NCBI GenBank assembly: GCA_040954595.2 | Contig: CM082597.2 | Location: 2,310,835 to 2,374,834, forward strand | Direction: 5' to 3' | Source: Balanoglossus misakiensis | Lineage: Eukaryota > Animalia > Hemichordata | Length of the DNA: 64,000 nt | Shown here: piece after piece, positions 13,423 through 26,804 of the stretch | How positions within the stretch are numbered: the stretch's first letter is position 1 | Layout of the letters: each line of letters begins with the position of its first letter | Made by a program: the position numbers and the translations under genes | The notes under the pieces: model-generated | Database searches by the model: none | Told to the model about the DNA's origin: nothing | The model's input: the letters and a program-made list of their open reading frames with translations, nothing else

Positions 13423-15785
13423 CTCCTAACTACGATAAAAAGATTAAACCCATCTGCGATGCTTATCGAAAGAGCTGACGATGTCGCCATTTCTTTTCAT
13501 TTTCCATTACTGTGGTTTTGCCATTCCCCTGTAGCTGTGCTCAGATAACATAGTTAGGGTTCACCAATTAAAACAGGATATCTGCAAAGGCTTGCAGCAA
13601 CAAGAAACGTGTGCAGTGTAAATCCGCCAAGCAGCTGACCGCTCAGACACTGGGTTCTGTGTGTACGTGTGTGCAGTCGAATTGTGACATCATCATTGTG
13701 ATGTCACGTTAATGTCATGACGTACGCGAATCTGCATCAGCCTGTACCTCGTGACGCCAACTTGTTGCTATGTGCGTCAGTACAATATGATTTCCCCGAG
13801 GCATTGTTGTTACAGAGACAATCCAGCAAAGTGTATCATCGTGATATTGTCCTGTGAATACTGTAAAACGGGAAATTTTTCGCGACAGTTTTGTGTGATA
13901 TCAACAGAGGTGACTATTTTGCATCAATTAATGTTTTTCGCTGGCCGTCCACATTGGCTGATGTGCCATATGAAGACAAAACAGTTTCTGTGGTTTTGAT
14001 ACCAGCATTTCTGATACTCTAACTCAGCTACATCACTATGACTAAGCATTATCTCCAGGCAAGACTGAAATTTCGGAGAACGTAGGGTACATTAACAGGA
14101 TTGTGCTGGTCAGGCTAGTCTATGAAGAGTTAACCATCTCAAAAGGGACCTAAAAATAGCAAAATAAAAATGATGGGATCCAGTGTGTTATTAAGCTGCT
14201 AAACATGGTACCGTCATACGTGATAAACTGTCACGTGTCCCAAGGTGACATTGCAGTGCTGTCATGCTGGTGACTGCATGTCATGGGTCATTTACGTTAC
14301 GTGTCATTCCATAAAATCTCGAAAGCCATGAAGCATCCGCCATCATGCCTGGGACGCATCCAACCAACAAACCATGCATCCTCTCATAGCCGTTTAGTTC
14401 AGTTCAGGGGTTGCCAGTTCCGACAGACAAAAAGTTAGTAGCTTCTGGGGTCCATACACACAACTGTTGCATTTGGTGAATGATGAACTTTTGAGTGAAA
14501 CCAGCAAATGGGCGTGCCTCTAGCGAATGTGTCGGTGGTTACTGTGAAGCAATTCAGTGTAGGACGCATGTCAATGAACCAATGTACGTAACCAGCTGGG
14601 ATTTGGTGTTGATATTGTCCATTGACAGTTGTGATCTTTAATGGACTTGACTCAATCAATTGTTGAGTGCAGGCAGCTGTGTTCTGTACACACTGATGTA
14701 ATCAGTGCAACTGACATGCACAAAGAGAGTCTGGACATTGGTCTGCATTCTCCTTGAGGTCAAATGTCTTTCCACCTGATGCTTCATTTGCATAACGTGA
14801 CAAAGGCGCGGGAGTCGTACCCTGACTTTCCTCGAACGTGACTAGACTTCACTGAAAATCTGACGTTTGATTGACAGGATTAAATGCTAATGCCAAATCT
14901 ACAGACATCTTGCTTGCGTTGATGTTCTTTTTCAAAAGGAGAAACATCTGAGTTCTTTGTCGCTTTTGTGTCGCGGTGACATCTCTTTGTGCGCGCGAGA
15001 GGTCAGATTTGCGAACACTATGATCATAGACCATGACTTAGCTGGTATTCTTCTGCATAGTTCTGACTGTCTGCACCTGTCACAGTGAGATACCAATGAA
15101 GACACCTTGACCAAATGCCCGTCGTTTACGACAGTTCTTGTTAATCATAAAAATCAAAATTTCTCGTAAATTTTCACAGAATCTTTCATTCATTTTGGAC
15201 CTGTAGCTCTATGTCTGGGTCCAACATTGTCACTGAAACACTGGTATTCAACCAGACAATGGCACTGAAATGTTACCACCTTGTGACATTCTTCAGAATA
15301 GTCTTGGATGGTTTATGTCTCTTGCCACTAGTAACAGGTTGATGTATAGCATCAAATTGTGTCGAAATATTTTCCTCTAATGTGTAGTCATGGTCCATAT
15401 TGCCAACCTGGTCATTAGAAAGTCGTAACAACCGAATAGTTATTTCCTCAAAAGGCGACTGTAACACTTGAGAGATTACGTTCATAATAGGCCGTGATTA
15501 AATACCTCTGAGTCCTTAGTGTGTTGTAGAATTTTATGCTTAAATTGTTGGTTGAGAAAGAGTTAATGTGCGATGACACAGGTCTGCGAGGTTATTGCCC
15601 TGAAGGCTTTGCAAAGTATATCAGGTGGAAACAATGTAAAGCGCTTGTAAGGAATCTTGTTAAGATGTTGCAGTGGAGCTGAACAGACGCTGCGATCAGA
15701 CGATCACTGCGACTGCGCTGTACATGTTTTCAAGTGACACACATGGCTTCTAGCATGTCTCATACTATGACCCATCTTCAGAGTA

Positions 15786-16056
15786 CAGTACAACCTGTCT
15801 AAACCGAACACCAGCGACATTATTAGGTTTGCAGAGGTGTCCGGTTTATCAAGGTTCTTTTAAAGGCCGATGATTGTCATATGAGCATGTGCATAATTTA
15901 TTTGGACATCACACCACCTTATGGCATTCTGTAACCAGAGTCTCTTGTTTGGCACATGCATGTAAGACGATTGTTGCCCTTTAAGTGTTCAGTATAGACA
16001 GGTTTCCCGATTGGTAGATAGAGTTCAGTTCAGACACTGTGAGACAGGTTTTACTG
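15786..16056. mobile_element. Tc1/mariner (pogo/Tigger-like) MITE
   Basis: TA|CAGTACAACCTGTCT ... AGACAGGTTTTACTG|TA: a 14/15 terminal inverted repeat with a TA duplication, internal subterminal repeats and no ORF. Confidence 0.7.
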
Positions 16057-19000
16057 TACTCTAATTTTGGGCTTATGCTGAGAAATACTGGTAGTGAAAA
16101 ACATCTGGGACTTCATCATGCATTGTTGAGTGATTTCCAACACATGGAGGTTTTAAATTAAACGGGCAGGTCATGCAAAGGTGGAAGCTGTTCATTCCAC
16201 TCAGTGACCTGCCTGACCTGAGTGCATTAACCAGCTCCCACCTGGTCTACTCTTGTTTTGCATATTTTTTAAACCTACCCAGAATGTTTCACTGGAAACA
16301 TTATGCTAATTTATGGAACTATATCAATGTATGCATTAATGCCAATGTATGTAAATATGTCAGCTATGCAAATTATATAAAAACAGTTAATTTGTAAAGT
16401 AATCGGAGTGTGAAATAGGCTAAAACAGTCTGATCAAGGATATATGCTAACAACAAGAACAACACAGATGTTTTTATTCATCTAGGTAAATAGGCCAAGG
16501 GTATTGTAAAAGAACGAAACTATGGCAATCAGCAGGATTGTAGCTAAGCAGATAAGTTGATATCAAAAATTCAAAAGTACATGTGGTAAAAATGATATAG
16601 GGGAGAGTAGTGATATTGTTAGATTAGTAAGATTATTAATATTTGAGAAGTGGCTAGTTTAACCAAAGTTTCAGCCGGCTCACATCTGTCATCTGCACCT
16701 CTGGTTAGTAGCATGTTCCATTGTGACCCACGTTTTGTGAAGACATGAATTCAGGTCAAAATCTGGATGTGTGCCAACAACCTACAAGAAAAGTGGTCAG
16801 CGATAAATGGAAAAGTTTATTTTGACTGGAGTGTGTGGCCTACATTTGATGAATGCAACTCCCTGCATACTGTTTCTTGTTTTCTTGACCTAAGGAGTAA
16901 AGTTATGATTCTGTGGAATTACTATACTCAACAGTCAACAGTAGTAATTACTAGCCCATCTTGGGTTAGAGCTTGGTAAAATAGCATTAGCACCCTCCCC
17001 CTTATTTATTCAGGTTTCTTGATTTTTCCGAATTATCCGACAATTGCTGAGGTCTTCCAATGATTGGGAATGTTATCAAGTTATTACGAGTGCTCTAATT
17101 GGTTCATATTGGGTCTCGACTTCATTAAAATCCAATTAACACACACATACTTTCTTGGCAATTAACCACTACTTCATTTTCTAAGAGGCAGAGTCATTAG
17201 TGTTTTAATCAGTTTCTTCTTTTCCCTGATGAATTGTTGTAATTAAAGCCAGAACAGACATGACCGATCTTCCAGTTGTCTACCCTTTGCTTCTTGAAAA
17301 GGTTACTTGTAGCAAGAGATACCGACCGCCGGGGTTGAATTCTCGGCCATGATTGAGGTATTCACAACAGCAGTTGCGATTGGCTGTTCTCTGTTTAATT
17401 ATACTATTTCAATCAATCAGCCGATAGCTTTCAAAAGGGGTTCATCGGCACAAGTTTGAAGTCAGATTTTGAAGGATTGAGTTGTTCAGAATACTGAACT
17501 TTCTGCAACCTGTTGATTGCTACAACCATGCCATCTTTGCCTGCCCAGGTCCCAACGACCCTTGCGAGCGGACAATGCGTCCGTGCAGTAAAATTGGATG
17601 ATCGTGAAGAGGATTTGTCTGCAGTCGGTCAGATATGTGTGGTGTACTAGCGTAGGTGTGTTTGCAGAAGATTTGGGACGAGCTCACATCCAGGGCACAG
17701 TGGAGAAACCAGCTTTTCCTATTAAACCTATAATTAAGGGACCCCCTAGTGACAGGACAATTGTACCGCAGCTAATAACGCCACTGACACAATGCCTTAT
17801 ATTCCGAGACTGCCCCCGGAATCGCTCATCTGTGCAACAGCTCCGGAATTTCTAGTGTGAAGGAATTTGGGATACACGCACCTGTCAATACTTGGTTGTT
17901 TTTCAGCTGTGATTTTTCATCTGCCCTTGAGTGGCCATTGTACTTATTTAGCAAATAACTGTTGTTTTTCCGGCTGTAAATTTTTCAGGTCTTCAACATT
18001 ACACAAAAGGGGTATTTATTTTGCTTGCCAAATCCAGACATTGAGTATTTTGAGGAAAGCGTTACTACTCATAGCCTGAAGGCTACTTGTCTCAGCGTTA
18101 CTGCTGGTACTAATGATTTCACTTGCAATGCAAAATAATCCCTCTCCCACTTGTAAATGCCCCTCTCTCCTCCCCCTCCTCTTCCCAACCTGTTGCTGTT
18201 CTAGTTTCATCTCTGCAAGCAACAGTTTTTGCCCCGGAGCAATTGGGAGGGTGGTGATGAATAGTCTTGACAACTGTGAATGTAAATGTTTTTGAGCGAA
18301 GAACTGTGATTCTACAGAAAGATTAGAACAGCTTCCTTGAAAGATCAGACAGCAAAATCTAGGACAGAATGGACTTCTCGGATTCGAACGTGCGCTATCG
18401 TTCTTTTAGCAAAGCGCTGCATTTCCATTTCAAAGCGTTGCGTTTAGCGAAAGTTGACTCGCAAGTAACGCAGATTACGGTTACTGCGACTGTAACTACC
18501 AGCCAACAAAAACGCAGGAAGTGGGGTCTTTGTTGAGATGATTAGCCGAAAGTCAAGATGCTAATTGATACACGCAAAGGGCCGAGCGAAAATACTATAC
18601 TCACATGTGCATCAAAGAAACCTGTGCACGTGGTCATTTAAATTCAAGTTGGTAAACTATGAACACTCGCTTTGATCTACCGCTTTAATTACAAAAATGA
18701 AATGTTGCATAACCGGGTCCGTTGGGTGTAAATTGAGGTGGTGGTTTGGGGTTACAAAGCTGTGCTTGGAGTTTGAATGCTTGATTAATTTGAAGCGTGA
18801 ATCAAGAAGTGGCATCGGCCGTAAAATTGATATTATTTGGTGGTTTCCAATGGGTGAGCAGCTCAAAACATATCTCGCTAGCCAAAATGAGGTTAATGAA
18901 ACTTTTGATGTAATGAAGTCTCCATCACTTGATCACATCAGTTTTTGTAGACTTACACTGCAAAAACCAACATTTCTACCAGATGCAAATTTTGTTGGAA

Positions 19001-20181
19001 ATGTAATCTTGTATTGTTGTAATTCCCAAGCAGCCACTTACACTGGCCAATTAAACTGGTTCCTAAACCCTTTGTCTATAGCCGCTCTTTGTACTAATTA
19101 CAAGTGGGATTAAAGGAAGATTAATAGTCAGAGAACTGGTGCTGGTTGAAAGATTGTCAAAACTATAAATGAAAAACATGGTGATCAGTTGTCAAGGAGA
19201 TCGAAAAAGGGGACTGAAACATAAAATGATGATTGTCATTGGACGCTGAAAAGTAATTTAGGAAAAACAATAAAAGAAGGGAAAAGTAAAGGGAACTGGA
19301 GACAGGGATATGGGTGCTTTGCATCAGATGAATGCGACTGTACAATTTCATTCATTTGTAAAAGTTTCCAAAAGTTCAGTATGTAAATGTGTGGTCTTTT
19401 TTCGTTTCTTAGCGAACAAAACGTTGGACAGCAATTTTTGTTTTTACTTTGATCGGCTTTCATATTTTACCATGATTAATGAGCTTGTAAATATTTTGAA
19501 TTGATAGGGAAGTAAATGAAATTAATTGAAAGCATGTACTCAGATAGATAAGAGACACTGCATTCTGATTTCCTAGAAAAAGCTGTGCAAAAAATGCTTT
19601 TCTAGGTATGTGGTTTTCTGATTACGCAGGGGAAAATGAGGTAATTACAGAAAGTCTTTTTCTTGCTTGGAAATTTTCTGAGCTCGATGAAGTTCAAAAG
19701 TCAAATGGATGTTTTTGAGTCGGTGAATGTCATTATTGATCCAATTCTGGCTTTTGTAGTTGAATGCTTAGCATTCCATTGACTGTGGAGATCTTCAGTG
19801 ACCATTTAGCAAAAGCACGTGGTACTGGCTTCTATACAGGCCCCGCTACCACCGCACTGTCGCGACACCCAACAGTGTGCGTATGCGCGTTCCACCACCA
19901 CGAGGCAATGTTTTGGCGGGAGTCCGGGCCCTGCTAATCCTCCCTAGAGAGATACCATGTTATTGTAAACTCTCCTCTTGAATAGGACGACTGAAGAGAA
20001 CGAGTCTTCAGAGTTCTGGTTCCCAGGATGACTGGGTATTGTGTCAGGGGGCATTAATCAGTCGGGCCTTTGTACCCATTGTGTCGGTCTTCCCGCCAAA
20101 ATCTGCAGATTGTTTGTGTAGTGGTGATTCATTGACCACAGTGGGGGCCCTGTTGACCATTCACCGTAACTTCGTAGCAGC

Positions 20182-20227
20182 ATGGGGATGAGTAGTGCCC
20201 TGGCTTTACGGAGATTCAAAGAAACAG
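20182..20227 (+). CDS. Candidate alternative first coding exon of DYRK1A (MGMSSALALRRFKETG)
   Basis: ATG...GAA ACA G|GTAAAA is a phase-1 donor compatible with the acceptor at 29489. A GC/CpG-rich promoter-like patch lies upstream at about 19840-19935. Confidence 0.35.
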
Positions 20228-23200
20228 GTAAAAAAAATTGCATTTTCTGTATCATTTCTTCGCTCTACCATTTTATTCGGGAGACATTTTGGCCCGTTCT
20301 GTGCATGACTTTTTATCTCACATGTGAGTTGGTACGTTCACAGGGGTTAGAGTTGACATCATGGTCACTGCTTGTTTGCTACATGTAGGTGTGTACCGGA
20401 CATGTGTGTTTTGGGACTGCAGTGGGTCCATGCATAGTTGCTATGGTGTCTCCCGCCCTGAATCCAAAGAGTCAACATGTGCTACGATTACATGACACAC
20501 CAAGCTTCCAACACAGTTTTTGCATCAAAATTCACACTCTGTCACTCGGCTGCACATGGTTCCATCTTCGCAGCAGATTTCCCAAACCTCCATGACATAA
20601 TGTTTGTAAATCGTGGATTTGAATATGGATTGGTGACCTGTGACAGATTTTCCCACGCTGTACGTTGACATCTGGAAGGTGGTCAGTTGTACACAGGTCT
20701 TTCAAATCATCAAAAATCTACCTGACATTATAGTATACAGAAACAAACACAGAAGTGTATATATTGTGACCAAACAAAAAAATGTGATCAAGTAATTTTA
20801 TAGGTTTACTGCAGCTAGTCATTAGCCCACATTCCGATACACAGAAGATTACATGTAAAGACACATGTGATGGGACTCTGTCTCTATATAGAGACAAACA
20901 TGCAGTAGCTGTACTCCATTACAATCTATTTGAACACCCTATAACACAAATACGTCATATTAACAGTATTGTGATGGGCAAACAGAGTTGTTTGACAGAA
21001 TCTAGCTACGTAATGATGTAATCTTTTGCGTAATGTAACTGTGGTAAACTTGCAGTATTATACAATGCGTGGTATGTGTGTTATCGCTACAATATAGGTT
21101 GTAATCTTGGCTTCTCTTTACTGTCAAGGTATTCTGTTGACTTAGTTGAAATAGAACTCATTCGTTTAGAATCTGAATTAGATTATAGTTTACAGTTTTA
21201 CTGAAGAGGAACTGTATGACACATCAGGCTATATATCAAGTAATAATCTCTGGATTTGTCTTGTAATTGCTGCCTCCAAGAGAACTCAATGAACATTTTC
21301 ACCACAGGTTAAGTTCACATTTACTGTAATGCTAACCACTGGTATGTGCATGTTTAGGAGAGGTTTGGGAAGTTTATATACCACAATGATATTGTGATGA
21401 GGTTTGACGTGTGTGTGTGTCCCACATTAGAGGGTATGGACAGGCAGCATAACTGCACGTAACTTGCGTCGTGTTTCTGGAAACGAGGGCATGTTTTGCC
21501 CCTCTGCGTGGATTTCTGTTTAACTCTAAGAACCAAGTGAAGGACCTACTGATGGAGGCCTTCGCTTGGAAGGTTAAGCTGACCAGCAAGAAGCTAGCCT
21601 GATGTTTTTGACAGAGCCAAGGCAATCTACCTGAATATCTATTATTTGTCTGTCGTGTTCTAGTGATGCGTTGGGGCGTTGTAGAATTCAGTGTGTGTAG
21701 GAACACGCCACAACCTTGCCCTAGGTCTTCAGTTGTCTCTTAAATTCCTGCACCAGACAAACAGCAGTTGCTGGCATCAACAAAACAGTGAGAGAGAAAA
21801 AGCAATCAATATACCGTGTCTGGGGCTGATTTTATGGCGGTACTTTTTCATTGACTGGTGGACGTGGTATACTGAGGGCTCCATTTATTATGTGTACCTG
21901 TATGTGTGCGGTGACACCCCTTATCAGACACGTTATTATCAATGGCCCAGTGTTCCAACCTTTAGTCGCCCGGGTGAAGGTATTTTCTGAGGGTTGGCAG
22001 TGAAAAGAGGGGTAGAAAATAGAGATGTCTGAACCAGTCCGTGCTCTGTGGGCAAGTGTGAAGGAGATTTACGATGGGATAAATCAAAATAATTGTGAAG
22101 TTGGCGTAGAGTTTCAAAGGGTGTCAGAAGTGGTTGAAGCTATGTGAAATAAATATCACCGTGTTAGGAGATGCGGTTTAAAGGTTGTGGAACTTTTCTC
22201 AAGTTTTTACGGTGTTTACTCCAGAACAGTGGTTCCACTTTCTTCCACCACATCTGTCAGACTAGAGGAACATGCTAGGCACAGATAGAGTAGTGTGCTA
22301 GGTCACCCTAAAAGATGTGTTTTCTGCATTTGTGTACTAGAACATTCAGAAAGATAAAAATGGTTGGCTTGATGGAGTGTGCGATATAAAACAACAAACT
22401 CCTTCAGCTGAAGAGGATGGCCCTTGAAAATGCTTCTGTGGGAACCACATCACCCATCTATCTCTCATAGTAGAATGATCCGCCAGTACAAGATGTGAAG
22501 ATCTTGTCGATCTTTGCAAGAAATCCAGGGGTTTGTTCTATGAGAGAAGGGGTAATCACGACCACTGGCAACTCTCAAGTGTGCTCAGGCAGCTACATGA
22601 GTGAGACAATCACATTGCCCGGGAATGTTTATTTGTAAACGGGGTGTAATTGGTCCAGTGTGTCAGGGCATGCGACCTGTGGTGCGATTATAGCTGTTGC
22701 AGGTTATCCCGCTATTGGCTTTGTCTAGAGTGCCCTGATAAATCATGCGGCGATAACTGGTCTAACTGTGCCACGCTATAACTGTATCATGTCTCTCCTC
22801 TTCCCCCCTGAGACGAGACAAGACCCAACTTGCTTCTCACCTGGGTCTGTTCTCTCCGATTGATTTACTGTCCACTTTCAGCGCCTTTTACTGGATACCG
22901 TTACACCAATTATCAGCTGATTGAATTGTTTTGTGATAACAAAGCCCTCTCTTTTCTCCAATTTCAAATCTCCCCTCAATCCCCCAAACCCTTTTTCTCC
23001 AATTTCTATCCGCAAAATGTCTCCCCTCCCAACCTCATTAAGACCAGTCCGTAATCTTGGATCCAAAGTGATGTCTTCATAAACCCCACCTTCTCTGACA
23101 CTAGTGACAGAGAGAAGACTTTCTTGCTTTTTGCACAAATTTTAACTCCTTCCCAAGGCATCTTTGCCATCTTGCCAACAAATAGCAGATGAAAAGAAAA

Positions 23201-23407
23201 TAATGACTTCAAATTGTAAATTCCTGACACCTATGTGTGGTGTCATACCATGTCTGCAATGGTCAATTTGCAGTCGTATGAGGAAGCTATCATTTTGATG
23301 TGTCTGGCCGCCCATTCATGCATTCAAGTGACTGCATATAACTGTGGTTGTAATTGTGACCTGCCCGCTCTGCCTACACATGTAAGATCTCTGTCAACGC
23401 CTATGCT

Positions 23408-23411
<4 letters not shown>

Positions 23412-23444
<33 letters not shown>
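23412..23444. repeat. (TG)n microsatellite
   Basis: About 16 perfect TG units. Confidence 0.95.
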
Positions 23445-23447
<3 letters not shown>

Positions 23448-25035
23448 TACGCTGCGACCTTCAGTAATCATGTTTAACATCCCAGCTTGTGTAGGTACAT
23501 AAAACGTGCCTTAATCAAACGCACAACTGTTCAAGGTCCCTATCAGAGATCAGGGTTGCTGTCATAATCTCTCTCTCTCTCAGTTTCCATCTGTTGGTGG
23601 AGGTTATCAACTGTTTCGTACCTTTCTCCACACCACTGTTTTTCGGTATCGTGTCTGTTTGACCCACTCTCGTTCCGACACTTTACAAGCGGTACAAACG
23701 GTGCTGACTTTTAAAGAAAAAAAATCGACCTGTGTGGGATTTTGGTTGACCTTCCTGATAACGAATCAACTGGTCATTTCCTATTCTCCCCATCATTCCA
23801 GGTCTCACATATTTTTAGAAAACCAGATAAAGATAATAGTTCAATATTTAAAAGAAATAAACGGATTTTGAAGGGAAGTCTTGCTAGGATGACGTCCTGT
23901 GATATTTCTGACCTGCCCCAGTCCCACTGATTTACATAGGGCCGCATTATAACCTGTCTCACACTCTGACATTGTTCGAAGAAATTATGTAGTCAAGGAC
24001 CATGTCAAAGGTCACGGTTGATTAAGTAGCAGGTTCAAAATGGAAGGTAACTGATACACATACATGTTAATTTGCTGAATAGATCTTTCTACCTGATACA
24101 AAGTGTTTGTAAAAGATTAGCGCGGGAGACTAGATGGTCGGTCAGTTTGCAAATTGTTTTGTAGTGTACAATGGTCCCTTATGCTTTGGACTTATACCCC
24201 TTGTGGTTAAGAACATTCTCTGAGTGGGACGTAGATGATCTGACAATTTTTCATGTGTATCTGTATTTGTTTGACCCCCCCTCTCTTCAACAAGATGGCC
24301 CTTACCAGTCACAAAGAAACCCTATCTTTAATCATTTCATGGTGGCTTCCAATGGTTGCCTGAGTATTGTCATGCAAATTAAACTACCTGTTTGAATGGA
24401 AGGCAAAGTCACTTAAAAAAATCTGTACTTTTTTTCTTCAATCGATGTTTCTGTTGTAATCCAGGTGACCCAAATCTTGAGTACATACTGGTCCTGTACC
24501 ATGGCAACTCAAGATTTGTCCGAACTTGTAGTCCCCAAGGGCTCGGAGAAGCGCCCTCGGTTTTGCAACAAGTAGCTACACGCTTCATGTATGGTTTCGG
24601 GCTGGGTATGTTCTTTTGTCCACTTGTAATTCACACCTTTTTGTGCATTTGCATGAGAGCTCCATTGTATGGAGGGGCGCTGCACGGACATGCATAGAGC
24701 TCGGGTCTGTTGCTATGTAGGTCCATGTCCGGTTGTCCAGGTATGCGGTCGCTCGCCCCGGAAGGTATGCGCTCACAGCTCTACAAGGCCGCAACTTGTC
24801 GCTACAAGTTAATCCGTGCATGACTTCTTTGTAGAGGAGACCATCCAGTGGACAGTTTTAAATCTGTTCAAATTCGAGTGTGCTGGTGTGAAGTTCACAC
24901 ATCCAGGTACCTGTCTGCTGCATGTGTATTCACCAACCCACAAGGTTCTTGAAACTTGACGAGTCTACCGCCCGCATTTCAGCTTGAAAGCCTTCAGTGT
25001 GTTTTTTTAATGGACGCCGGATTTTGGATTTTACT

Positions 25036-25120
25036 ATGAGATACAAGGGCTTTATTTCTATTGATCAGTTGCTGTCGACGACATCCAGTACCCCCCAGCT
25101 GGTCGAACCCCAGCTTCAAG
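25036..25120 (+). CDS. Candidate alternative first coding exon of DYRK1A (MRYKGFISIDQLLSTTSSTPQLVEPQLQG)
   Basis: Open frame from the ATG at 25036 to CAA G|GTAAAT, a phase-1 donor compatible with the acceptor at 29489. Confidence 0.35.
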
Positions 25121-26340
25121 GTAAATGCCATTGCTAGAAGTCTCCCTTGGGTGTGTTGTGCAACTTGGGGCAGGAGTATCTGTCAGTTGTTCTCTGTTTT
25201 CAAACCCTGGTGTGGGAATGTTTCAAAACAGGACCTTAGCAATCTTTTGACAGGGAGAGACCTGAACATGTTGCATGTTTTTTTTCGATATTCACTTCAT
25301 ATGATGATTGACATTATCATGACAGGCAACCAACAGCTAGATTGAGACCAAAAGTAACTGACAAGCTTCTGAAATACACTGTTAACCCACTCATTGCAAA
25401 CAGAAACTAAAACTGACACAGTTTTCACCTGATCGAATGCTACGTTACGGAATTCACAAAATATGTGATCAAACTACCACTGTTTGCAGTCAGCTTGGTG
25501 ACCCTATTCATATGCTAATTAAATGTCGCGGGTCAAACTTCTGACAGAGATCTGAGTACTGATACGTAAAAGGAAAAACCTTGCCCTAGTGGTTTGCTTC
25601 ATACTCATATCAAAGTCCTGCGACCCCTTTCACCCCTAATTCTCACAACAATGAAATGACCTGCCATAGAGCACCATGGAGTGTTTCATTGTGTTGTCAG
25701 AGAAACGTTTCGTAGGATTTGAAACTGGGTCAGTTTGAAGAATTACAAGGGGAAATGTATCTTGTGATGCTCAGTATGTTGCAGTCGGACTTGACATGAG
25801 TTCTGTTTAGCAACAAGCAATGTCAGTTGGCGGGCACATCCGTAGAGCGTATAGTGTGACAGGAGACACTTGAACCTGCCCTGAATGTATACATTAGGTG
25901 ACCTTCGATGACCCCTGGCTTGGCGGTTCACACTGGACGTAAACGTCGACGCTTAGTATACCACATGTGTATTTTATGTTACATGTCTTAAGTACACACG
26001 CGAAATTCTGTTAAATTGACATTAATTGGCGCGAAACATCTCATTATAGCTATTGGAGCGATGTACGTCAACGGCATAACACCGTATCATTTATCAAGAT
26101 AGCGTACATTTATGTGCTGGCAGGTGCAAAACAAATACGAATGCCGTCTGTTGTGGGTTACCATTAGAGATTTGACAATGCAAATAGCATTATTTCCGTT
26201 TGTGTAGTTTCTGTGGCTTCGATTTGCGTAACGGATGCAACAGATGGTGGTTTTGTTGTAGTTCGTGTCTTTTAAAGGGCAGGGTCATCTTGTCTGCGAG
26301 TGCGGGTACAGGTTCAATAAGACACAAGGCAAGACGTGAA

Positions 26341-26804
26341 GTGTGACTGCTACAGTTTACATCACTGCATACAATGTGGTTGTTACTTTGTATTACACTG
26401 TAGTGTAACTGCTACAATGTACACCATTGCAAACAATGTGGTTGTTACTTTGTATTACACTGTAGTGTAACTGCTACAATGTACACCATTTCAAACAATG
26501 CAGTTGTTACTTTGTATTACACTGTAGTGTAACTGCTACAATGTACATCACTGCAAACAATGTGGTTGTTACTTTGTATTACACTGTAGTGTAACTGCTA
26601 CAATGTACATCACTGCAAACAATGTGGTTGTTACTTTGTATTACACTGTAGTGTAACTGCTACAATGTACACCATTGCAACAATGTGGTTGTTACTTTGT
26701 ATTACACTGTAGTGTAACTGCTACAATGTACATCACTGCAAACAATGTGGTTGTTACTTTGTATTACACTGTAGTGTAACTGCTACAATTTACATCACTG
26801 CAAA
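26341..26804. repeat. 62-bp minisatellite, about 7.5 copies
   Basis: Unit GTGTAACTGCTACAATGTACA(T/C)CA(C/T)TGCAAACAATGTGGTTGTTACTTTGTATTACACTGTA, repeated head-to-tail with no spacers. Confidence 0.95.

Noticed and set aside
18378-18392. B-box-like GGATTCGAAC
   Set aside because: No A box or cloverleaf nearby, so it is not a tRNA or a clear SINE.
26341-26804. CRISPR-like appearance (repeats with a palindrome)
   Set aside because: Units are contiguous with no unique spacers, there are no cas genes, and the context is eukaryotic.
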